DNA from: an uncultured Chloroflexia bacterium
GTDB taxonomy: Bacteria > Chloroflexota > Anaerolineae > Anaerolineales > Anaerolineaceae
Length of the DNA: 32,000 bases
Direction: 5' to 3'
Assembly (NCBI GenBank): GCA_963704755.1
Contig: OY969938.1
Location: 1,110,001 to 1,142,000, forward strand
Every line of letters begins with the position of its first letter. The stretch's first letter is position 1. This document shows, one piece after another, positions 25,045 to 32,000 of this stretch. The notes under the pieces were generated by a model, which worked only from the letters and a program-made list of their open reading frames with translations, was not told the origin of the DNA and did no database searches. Both the position numbers and the translations under genes were made by a program.

Positions 25045-26093
25045 GCGCTGCCTACCGCGCTATCCGCCCGTTGCTTTTCCGGCTCCAACCCGAACAAATC
25101 CACCACCTGACCATTGATTTGCTGCGTCTGGGTGGCGGCGTTTTCCTGGGAAGATGGCTCTTACGAGCCTGGTTCCGCCCCCAAACCACAGGACCATCCG
25201 TCCAGGTTTGCGGGTTGACCTTCAAAAATCCGCTCGGCCTGGCCGCCGGCTACGATAAAGACGGGTTGGGCTGGCGCGGACTGGACTGCCTGGGTTTCGG
25301 CCACCTGGAAGTCGGCACGGTGACCCTCCGGCCCCAACCCGGTAACCCCCAGCCGCGGATCTTCCGCCTACCCGCAGAGCACGCGGTCATCAACCGCATG
25401 GGCTTTCCCAGCCGGGGAGCCGCGTTTCTGGCCAATCGATTGAATGGCCCCCGCCCAAAGGGCCTGGTACTGGGCATCAATATCGGCAAAAACAAGCTCA
25501 CTCCGCTCGACCGGGCGGTCGAGGACTACCTGGCCTTGTTCGATATCTTCGCCCCCCTGGGTGACTATCTGGCGGTCAACGTCAGCTCGCCCAACACTCC
25601 CGACCTGCGCAAACTTCAGGCTCGCCAGGCCCTGGAAGACCTGCTGCAGCCGTTGAGTGCCCGCCGGAGCGAATATCTCCAGGCCAGCGGCAAACGCGTG
25701 CCTGTGCTGGTCAAGCTGGCCCCCGACCTGAGCGATGCCGAGCTCGACCAGGCCCTGGAATCCGTCCTCGCCACCGGTATGGACGGGATTATCATCCACA
25801 ACACCACCGTGACCCGCCCGGGAATCGTCTCGCCGGCAGCCGGCGAAACCGGCGGTCTTTCCGGCCGGCCGGTCGCTGCGATGAATATCGAAATGGTAGA
25901 GAAAGTGGCTATGCGCATTCAAGGTCGCCTGCCGGTCATCGCCAGCGGCGGCGTGATGGACGCCGACGGGGTCCAGGCCCGCCTGGATGCCGGCGCCTCC
26001 CTGGTGCAGCTCTACACCGGCCTGATCTACGAAGGCCCTGGCCTGGTCCGCGATATCCTCAACCAGGGGTTGGCGCTTCCAACTACCCGCTAA
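25041..26093 (+). CDS. pyrD: Dihydroorotate dehydrogenase (quinone), class 2
   Basis: 350 aa. The GTG start overlaps the pyrFE stop (GTGA). The catalytic Ser motif NVSSPNTP, the N-terminal extension, and GFPSRG and GGLSG are all present. Confidence 0.93.
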   Translation: MSAAYRAIRPLLFRLQPEQIHHLTIDLLRLGGGVFLGRWLLRAWFRPQTTGPSVQVCGLTFKNPLGLAAGYDKDGLGWRGLDCLGFGHLEVGTVTLRPQPGNPQPRIFRLPAEHAVINRMGFPSRGAAFLANRLNGPRPKGLVLGINIGKNKLTPLDRAVEDYLALFDIFAPLGDYLAVNVSSPNTPDLRKLQARQALEDLLQPLSARRSEYLQASGKRVPVLVKLAPDLSDAELDQALESVLATGMDGIIIHNTTVTRPGIVSPAAGETGGLSGRPVAAMNIEMVEKVAMRIQGRLPVIASGGVMDADGVQARLDAGASLVQLYTGLIYEGPGLVRDILNQGLALPTTR

Positions 26094-26273
26094 TCTAGCC
26101 CAGTTCTTCTATTTATGTGGTTGTGGAATATGGGTATTCATCGGTCGGCCAGGAACTCTCCCACCCGGCGCTTTCCCGGCTTCGAAAGCCGGGCTACGCT
26201 ACCCGGTTCGATCTGGGGATCGGATCGAACATCTTTCACCGCCAAACTCAGCCATTGACCAAATTTAACGGGA

Positions 26274-26303
26274 TAAAAAAAGAGGCGCACAGATGTGCGC
26301 CTC
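26274..26303 (-). terminator. Intrinsic terminator of the compatible-solute ABC operon
   Basis: The minus strand reads AGAGGCGCAC-atct-GTGCGCCTCT followed by TTTTTTT, 19 nt after the binding-protein stop. Confidence 0.8.
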
Positions 26304-26321
26304 TCCTGATTTCCATCTGCC

Positions 26322-27335
26322 CTACGGGCAGCTCTGCAAGAAACCTTCCGTTTTTAGGAAGTCGCAGGCGACCTGATCGGGTTCCTGGCCATCGATATCC
26401 ACACTCTTGTTGAGGTTGGTCATCACATCGGTGGTCAGCTTGGCCGAGATCGGGTTGAGCACATCGGCGATACCCGGGTATTTATCCAGGACGTCTTTGC
26501 GCACAACCGGAGCCGGGTTATACACCGGGAAGAAGCTCTTGTCGTCCTGCAAATTAAAGAAGCCAAAAGCCGCGATACGGCCGTCGGTAGCAAAACCCAT
26601 CGCCACAGTACATTGGCCATCCCGAAGGGCCTTGTAAGTCAAGCCCGAGTCCATCAGGTTGACGTTGCTATCTGTGAATTGGAAGCCATACAGCGTTTCC
26701 ACGCCTTTGAAACCGTCCGGGCGGGCGTAGAACTCCTGGTCGGTGCACAGGCTGGCGTCGCCGCCGTTATTGATGTAATCCGCCAGGTCCGAGATGGACT
26801 TGATTCCCAGAGAATCCCCATTTTCCTGGGTCATCATCAGGGTGTAGGTGTTGTTGAAGGGGGCCATATCCAGCCAGATCAGGTTGTTCTGGGCGTCTTC
26901 GGCCTTGACCTTATCGTAGGCTTCCTGCGAATCGGTGATCGCGTCTTCGTGTCCCAGGTGGGTCAGCCAGGCGGTACCGGTATATTCCCAATACAGGTCG
27001 ATGTCGCCGTTAACCAGCGCTTCGCGGTTCACATTCGTGCCGCCCAGGTTGGTCTGGTCATCCACCTCGTACCCGGCATTCTTCAACGCCAGGACGGTCA
27101 TTTTTCCAAGCAGGATATTCTCGGTAAAATCTTTCGAACCGACCACAATGACACCACCGGAGGTATTATCGCTGGGTGCCGTTGGGGCAACCACTTCCGT
27201 AGCAGATGGCGCGGCAGCCGGAGGCTGCGTCGCTGGAGCTGTGGTGGGTTGGGGGGTTGCCGGGCTGGCACAAGCCGCCAGCAAGACAGTCAACAAAATG
27301 GCCAATGAAATAAGCACTCGCTTTTTCTTAATCAA
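26322..27335 (-). CDS. Glycine betaine/choline/carnitine-type ABC transporter substrate-binding lipoprotein (OpuBC/OpuCC family)
   Basis: 337 aa with a TTG start and AAGGAG 7 nt upstream. The lipobox is LLAAC. VVGSKDFTENILLGKM and DLYWEYTGTAW are present. Confidence 0.88.
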   Translation of the reverse strand: MIKKKRVLISLAILLTVLLAACASPATPQPTTAPATQPPAAAPSATEVVAPTAPSDNTSGGVIVVGSKDFTENILLGKMTVLALKNAGYEVDDQTNLGGTNVNREALVNGDIDLYWEYTGTAWLTHLGHEDAITDSQEAYDKVKAEDAQNNLIWLDMAPFNNTYTLMMTQENGDSLGIKSISDLADYINNGGDASLCTDQEFYARPDGFKGVETLYGFQFTDSNVNLMDSGLTYKALRDGQCTVAMGFATDGRIAAFGFFNLQDDKSFFPVYNPAPVVRKDVLDKYPGIADVLNPISAKLTTDVMTNLNKSVDIDGQEPDQVACDFLKTEGFLQSCP

Positions 27336-27488
27336 TTTCTTTCTCCTTCTTTCGGGTCAATCTGATCAGTTTGAGTCCGGGACAGGGATGGAACAAACGC
27401 TCTTGCAGCGTCCCGAACGAACTTTCCTTACAAACACAATTCACGACAGTACATGGATCAGGCAGGCTTTTCCGGCAACCACCTCCTT

Positions 27489-28274
27489 TCAGGTTAATCT
27501 TTCGGTATTGACCACCAGGTAATCCTGGATTTTCCCCAATATCCAATCGCCTAAAATCGCCAGGACGGCCGTCAGCACGGCGCCGACCAGCACCATGCTA
27601 TCCCGCCGCAGGGAAATTCCGGTAATGATGAAATTTCCCAGGCCGCCGGCCCCAATGAAAGCCCCCAGGGCAGCCGTGCCCACATTGATGACCACCGCGG
27701 TGCGCATCCCGGCAAACATGACCGGAAACGCCAGGGGCAGCTCGATGTCCCACAAGATTTGCAGCTTAGTCATCCCCATCCCGGTGGCCGCCTCGATGAT
27801 ATCGGGCCGGACGCCGGCGATACCGATCGCCGTATTCCGGATGATCGGCAGCAGGGCATACAGCCATAAGGCAAAGATTGCCGTGGTGGCGCCTAACCCC
27901 AAGATGCCCATGAACAGCGCCAGAATGGCAATGCTTGGCACCGATTGGCCGAAGTTAGCGATCGAGAGGATAATCCCGGAAAAATCACGGAATCCCTCGC
28001 GGGTGATCAAAATCCCGGCCGGTACGGCAGTCACGATCGCCAGTACCGTAGAAAACAAGATCAATCGCAGGTGGGCCAGGACCGTCCTGACGATATCGTT
28101 GAAACCGACCGCGCTGCTTCCAAGGATATTTTCTTCCATGCTGCCCGGCGCGATAGGCAGCAAAATATAGTAATACAGGAGTATCACCGTCAGGATGACA
28201 AGTATCGGGATAGCCGTCCAGCTAATCAGGTTCGAAATGGTTGCTTTTTTTAAATTGCCGGCTCGTGCTTTCAT
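27489..28274 (-). CDS. Compatible-solute ABC transporter permease (OpuBB/OpuCB-like)
   Basis: 261 aa and polytopic, with the BPD-transporter EAA-like region IEAATGMGMTKLQILWDIELPLA. Its start overlaps the ATPase stop. Confidence 0.9.
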   Translation of the reverse strand: MKARAGNLKKATISNLISWTAIPILVILTVILLYYYILLPIAPGSMEENILGSSAVGFNDIVRTVLAHLRLILFSTVLAIVTAVPAGILITREGFRDFSGIILSIANFGQSVPSIAILALFMGILGLGATTAIFALWLYALLPIIRNTAIGIAGVRPDIIEAATGMGMTKLQILWDIELPLAFPVMFAGMRTAVVINVGTAALGAFIGAGGLGNFIITGISLRRDSMVLVGAVLTAVLAILGDWILGKIQDYLVVNTERLT

Positions 28275-29431
28275 GCACTTTGCTCCTGGTGATTGTCATC
28301 ATCATCTCCATTAAACTTGCTTTCCGAAATCGTCTTCTGGATCATCTCGATGCTGACCACCCCATGGACCCGGTTTTTGCTATCGACGATACACACGCTG
28401 GAATAATCCATCATCAGCATCTCTGAAAGTGCATCCCGCAAAGTGGTAGAGAGTTCGACGCCCGTCTCCTGCTGGTCGATGTACTGCCCCACGGTGCCGT
28501 TCTTGCCGCGCAAATCTCGCCGAATCACACTGCCTTTCAGGCGCTTGTCGCTATCGGTGACAAAAAGAGAGGTTACTTCGCGTTCACGCATAAATGCCAA
28601 AGCTATCTCGGCCGGCTGTGTGTTCAATAACAAAGTGGGATCCGAATCCATGATGTCTTCGACCCGGATCAGGTTAAGCTGTTTCAACGCCCGATCGGCC
28701 CCGACGAAGTTTTCGACGAATTCGTTGCTGGGATTGGAAAGGATATTGGCCGGTGAATCGAATTGCTCCAGGTGGCCACCGACGTTCAAGATGCAGATCT
28801 TGTCACTCATCTTGATGGCTTCATCGATATCGTGAGTGACGAACAGGATGGTTTTCTTTATCTCTTTCTGCAAACGTAAGAACTCATTTTGCAGCAGGTT
28901 GCGGTTGATCGGGTCGATGGCCCCGAATGGCTCGTCCATCAGCATGATCGGCGGATCGACCGCCATACCCCGCGCCACCCCAATCCGCTGGCGCTGGCCG
29001 CCGGATAATTCGTGCGGGTAACGGTCCAAATATTCCAGGGGCATATTCATCATGTTCAGCAGGTCTTCGGCCCGCTGGCGGATCCGCGCCGGAGACCAGC
29101 CCAAAAGCTTGGGCACCGTGCCGATATTCTCCAAAATCGTGCGGTGTGGGAACAACCCGATCTGTTGAATGACATAGCCGATCTTGCGCCGTAACTGGAT
29201 CGGATTGGTGTCCATGACATTGACTACACTTCCCGCTTCGTCCCGCAGGTAGATGGCCCCACCGGACGGTTCGATCAAACGGTTCACCATTTTGAGGGTG
29301 GTGGTCTTACCACAACCGCTCGGTCCAACCAGGGTACAGATTTCACCGGTCGGCACCGTGAACGACAGATCATTGACCGCCTCAGCGGTGGACCCCGAGT
29401 ATATTTTCTTTAAATGTTCTATTTTAATCAT
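28271..29431 (-). CDS. Compatible-solute ABC transporter ATP-binding protein with C-terminal tandem CBS domains (OpuCA/OpuBA/ProV-like)
   Basis: 386 aa. It has Walker A GPSGCGKTT, signature LSGGQRQR and Walker B LMDEPFGAID. A CBS-like C-terminal ~120 aa follows. Confidence 0.93.
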   Translation of the reverse strand: MIKIEHLKKIYSGSTAEAVNDLSFTVPTGEICTLVGPSGCGKTTTLKMVNRLIEPSGGAIYLRDEAGSVVNVMDTNPIQLRRKIGYVIQQIGLFPHRTILENIGTVPKLLGWSPARIRQRAEDLLNMMNMPLEYLDRYPHELSGGQRQRIGVARGMAVDPPIMLMDEPFGAIDPINRNLLQNEFLRLQKEIKKTILFVTHDIDEAIKMSDKICILNVGGHLEQFDSPANILSNPSNEFVENFVGADRALKQLNLIRVEDIMDSDPTLLLNTQPAEIALAFMREREVTSLFVTDSDKRLKGSVIRRDLRGKNGTVGQYIDQQETGVELSTTLRDALSEMLMMDYSSVCIVDSKNRVHGVVSIEMIQKTISESKFNGDDDDNHQEQSA

Positions 29432-30996
29432 CCATTATTCCTTCGTTCTTTGAGCCCCGTTGGCGTCAAACGGTCTTGAATTATGCCCAAAATAAAATCG
29501 ACTATAACTGCCAGGACCGCGACGACAAACGCGCCGGTAATGTAGCGTACGTCCTGCGCGCGCTGGATACCGGTAAAGATGTAGTCACCCAGCGTATCGT
29601 TGCCGATAAAGGCTGCGATGGCGGCGATACCCACCAGCATGACCAGGGAAACGCGCAGCCCGGTCATGATGACCGGCACGGCCAGGGGCAGTTTCACCCC
29701 TATGAGCAATTGGAACTCGGTCATGCCCATGCCGCGCCCGGCTTCGACGATCTCCGGCTGCACTTCCTTTATGCCGGTATAAGTGTTGCGCAGGATCGGC
29801 AGTTGCGCGTAAAGGATCAGCGCAAAGGCGGCGTTGAATGCCCCGATCCCCAGCGGCTTGATCAGCACGCCGAACAAGGCAATGCTGGGGATGGTCAGGA
29901 TAATTCCGGCGACGTACAAAGTCAGATCGCTGGCCTTTTCACCGGCCAACAAAAGTACGTAAAGGATGGCCGTGAAGCCCATACCCAGCAGCCCGACCGC
30001 ATCCGGCTTACGAAGAATGGACCCCAGGATGACGAACACCTCGCCAAAAAATCCGTGGATGCTCTCCAGCGAACGGTCCCAGGCGCGCATGGTGGTTGCT
30101 ATCTGAGAGGCGCTTTCGGCCCCAAAAAGGCCCGAGGAAGCGGCCCAAATTACAAAAAAGATCAACACCGGGATCACAAAGACCAGATGAGAAATTTTTG
30201 GCCGGCGAGAAGGCATGGTAATCAATACGCCAATGACCACACCCACGATCACTGCAACCAGGATGGAGAAAAGAACCAGCCAGATGTGGTTCATCATCAA
30301 TTCTTGCAGATAGCCCCCACGCCATTGCGCGGAAAGGAAGGTCCACATACGGGTAATCAGGGTCTCCTGATGGGTTGTGAACATGATCGTCACCCGGACC
30401 GCTGCGTATATTCCGGCCAGGACACCCAATGCATACAGTCCGCGGGTCGCTTTGACATTATAAATCACACTCAAGGCAAACAGCAGCAGACCGGCCCCAT
30501 AAACCGCCAGCAGCAACAAGATTACCCCCAGGATACCGGTCAGGCTAAGTGGATTAAAAATGGCGCTCGCATCAAATCCAAAGGCTGAGCGGAGCGCCAA
30601 CAGCAGCAACAGTACCGTTCCCAACGGTGTAAGCAATGCAGCGAGCAAAGCACATTGGTCCGGGTAGGTTCCTGCACCTCCAAATAATTTCATTACTCCT
30701 AATAGCAGCAAATTGAACGTATAAAAACTGCCAACGATTAAAACGTAGCTGAACAGGATACCGATTACAACGTTTTGATGGCCAACTATTAGGGGGGTGT
30801 TTCCGACTGTATTTGCATACAAACCAACGAGTAATCCAAATATGCTTACCCCCAGGAATGTTTTAAGAAAATTAGCTTTTGAAATTTGATCGAGATATTC
30901 TTCCCGGTTGGGCCTGGTCAAGACCTGTATCCAACCGTCGAACATTCCACTCAAAAGCGTTGGCGGGCTTTGCTCAAGTTGTACTTCTCTAGGCAT
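29428..30996 (-). CDS. Compatible-solute ABC transporter permease fused to an extra N-terminal polytopic (Yip1-like?) membrane domain
   Basis: 522 aa, against ~215-260 aa for ordinary OpuCB/CD permeases. The C-terminal ~250 aa has the permease motif VEAGRGMGMTEFQLLIGVKLPLA. The N-terminal ~210-250 aa is a separate 5-TM-like domain beginning FDGWIQVLTRPNREEY. Confidence 0.85.
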   Translation of the reverse strand: MPREVQLEQSPPTLLSGMFDGWIQVLTRPNREEYLDQISKANFLKTFLGVSIFGLLVGLYANTVGNTPLIVGHQNVVIGILFSYVLIVGSFYTFNLLLLGVMKLFGGAGTYPDQCALLAALLTPLGTVLLLLLALRSAFGFDASAIFNPLSLTGILGVILLLLAVYGAGLLLFALSVIYNVKATRGLYALGVLAGIYAAVRVTIMFTTHQETLITRMWTFLSAQWRGGYLQELMMNHIWLVLFSILVAVIVGVVIGVLITMPSRRPKISHLVFVIPVLIFFVIWAASSGLFGAESASQIATTMRAWDRSLESIHGFFGEVFVILGSILRKPDAVGLLGMGFTAILYVLLLAGEKASDLTLYVAGIILTIPSIALFGVLIKPLGIGAFNAAFALILYAQLPILRNTYTGIKEVQPEIVEAGRGMGMTEFQLLIGVKLPLAVPVIMTGLRVSLVMLVGIAAIAAFIGNDTLGDYIFTGIQRAQDVRYITGAFVVAVLAVIVDFILGIIQDRLTPTGLKERRNNG

Positions 30997-31403
30997 CTAT
31001 TCTCCTTTCGAATAATAATTAAGTCAAAATATTGGCACGCAGATATACCATAGAGTACGATCGGGAAAAATTTGTCCGTGGCCTGGCCAAATTAAAATAG
31101 CAGCCACTTCCCATTCGTTTCGAAATGGAATCTTCGCTCTAAAAAACAGCAATCCAACTGAGCGATTGCTCCAAACTATGTCCCTCTACCGAAGAGGCTG
31201 GAGCATTGAAACGAGTAAGGTCACTTTATGGGTTCACCGAATTGCCAAACAAACCACAATGGCCTTATACGTCAGCAGGACACAAATACACCCCGGTACC
31301 AATAACCGTATGTGCCCTAAAATGTGTCCATCCGTAAAAGTTTTTAGAACAATTACAAAAATAATTATACACTGTTTTTTAGGGGTGCCAGGGGATAGAA
31401 AAG

Positions 31404-31424
31404 AGAGAGTAGAGAGTAGAGAGT
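31404..31424. repeat. Microsatellite (AGAGAGT)x3
   Basis: Three exact 7-nt units followed by a partial unit, in an A+T-rich spacer. Confidence 0.8.
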
Positions 31425-31485
31425 AGATGATTAGTCTAAAAAGAAGGCAATAAGTCGACAAGGCAACGAGGGGCACAGGGAAGGT

Positions 31486-32000
31486 TCGAAAATGCCTCCC
31501 CCATTGTTCTGCCCGGTCTCCAGACCGAGGCCGCTCTTCAACTTGACAAGGAAATTCTAACCAGGCAGGAAAATGCCTCCCCCATTGTTCGGCCCGGTCT
31601 CCAGACCGAGGCCGCTCTTCAACTTGACAAGGAAATCCTAACCAGGCAGGAAAATGCCTCCCCCATTGTTCGGCCCGGTCTCCAGACTTTGGAAAGGCGT
31701 TAGGAAGACGCCCCTCCCATTGTTCGGCCCGGTCTCCAGACCGAGGCCGCTCTTCAACTTGGCAAGGAAATCCTAACCAGGCAGGAAAATGCCTCCCCCA
31801 TTGTTCGGCCTGGTCTGCAGACTTTGGAAAGGCGTTAGGAAGATGCCTCCCCCATTGTTCGGCCCGGTCTCCAGACCGAGGCCGCTCTTCAACTTGGCAA
31901 GGAAATCCTAACCAGGCAGGAAAATGCCTCCCCCATTGTTCGGCCTGGTCTGCAGACTTTGGAAAGGCGTTAGGAAGATGCCTCCCCCATTGTTCGGCCC
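31486..32000. repeat. Hierarchical tandem repeat array running off the right edge. A ~40-nt core is followed alternately by a 41-nt or a 14-nt insert, giving units of 81 and 54 nt.
   Basis: The core is AGGAARATGCCTCCCCCATTGTTCGGCCYGGTCTSCAGAC. Core copies start (at ATGCC) at 31492, 31573, 31654, 31708, 31789, 31843, 31924 and 31978. The periods are 81, 81, 54, 81, 54, 81, 54. The two insert types recur nearly identically. Confidence 0.9.

Noticed and set aside
26175-26193. tRNA-like anticodon arm (CCGGC-TTCGAAA-GCCGG, would read as anticodon CGA) with a nearby GGTTCGATC T-loop-like motif
   Set aside because: The flanks do not form an acceptor stem, D-arm or T-stem; the T-stem would need CCGGG but reads TGGGG. 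This is simply one of several hairpins in the convergent pyrD/opu intergenic region.
29476-30588. 370-aa plus-strand ORF. Similar long antisense ORFs occur at 26613-27308, 14752-15474, 11096-11794, 21865-22464, 25368-25922, 13747-14163 and 3023-3301, among others.
   Set aside because: All lie opposite strongly supported genes (permease, binding proteins, regulator, pyrC, pyrD). Their compositions are biased towards D/Q/R/G/H. They are shadow ORFs of G+C-rich coding sequence.
31033-31039. TGGCACG (a perfect sigma54 -24 half-element) on the plus strand
   Set aside because: No TTGC-type -12 element lies at the required spacing; the sequence there is ATATA. It also points away from the opu operon, towards ORF-poor DNA.
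31166-31476. ORFs 31166-31426 (+, 86 aa) and 31234-31476 (-, 80 aa)
   Set aside because: The two overlap each other in A+T-rich DNA. They have no RBS and odd compositions (C/I/L-rich). The minus ORF is merely the tail of the start-less open frame running through the repeat array.
31486-32000. CRISPR array (regularly spaced ~35-40-nt direct repeats)
   Set aside because: The 'spacers' are only two sequences (41 nt and 14 nt) that recur almost identically. There is no spacer diversity. The unit lengths (81/54 nt) and the very short 14-nt insert are not CRISPR-like. No cas genes or leader are visible in the window.

Overview
This is a 32-kb bacterial chromosomal segment. It is fairly G+C-rich, with several clearly A+T-rich intergenic stretches. 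I found no rRNA, tRNA, transposase/integrase or real CRISPR array. The lineage cannot be fixed without a database search; the proteins look compatible with a Chloroflexota/Anaerolineae-like organism (low confidence).

Content from left to right:
1. Bases 1-12.7 kb, all minus strand: a glycerol/dihydroxyacetone island. It holds a DJ-1/PfpI gene and a DhaR-like AAA+ activator, then glpF-dhaK-dhaL, glpK and a small membrane protein. The last operon encodes a short GlpA-type flavoprotein, an SdhB-like Fe-S protein, two SdhC/D-like anchors and dhaM. dhaM is an EIIA-HPr-EI fusion cut by the left edge and is absent from the ORF track.
2. A metal (Zn/Mn-type) ABC importer and a Crp/Fnr-family regulator with an N-terminal receiver-like domain.
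3. A LysM-M23 peptidase.
4. A lower-GC islet with an orphan polytopic membrane protein, followed by an MBL-fold hydrolase.
5. A plus-strand pyrimidine operon: pyrC (CAD-like short form), pyrB, a pyrF::pyrE fusion and pyrD. It sits behind a promoter, leader and intrinsic terminator (an attenuator).
6. A minus-strand OpuB/OpuC-type compatible-solute ABC importer. Its first permease carries an extra N-terminal polytopic domain.
7. An A+T-rich spacer and, running off the right edge, a hierarchical 81/54-nt tandem repeat array that mimics a CRISPR but is not one.

The most noteworthy points are:
- the chimeric GlpA/complex-II-like operon;
- the ambiguous sigma54/sigma70 promoter next to an activator that lacks GAFTGA;
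- the pyr attenuator and the eukaryote-like pyr gene architecture;
- a set of long perfect palindromes with 3-nt loops;
- the terminal repeat array.
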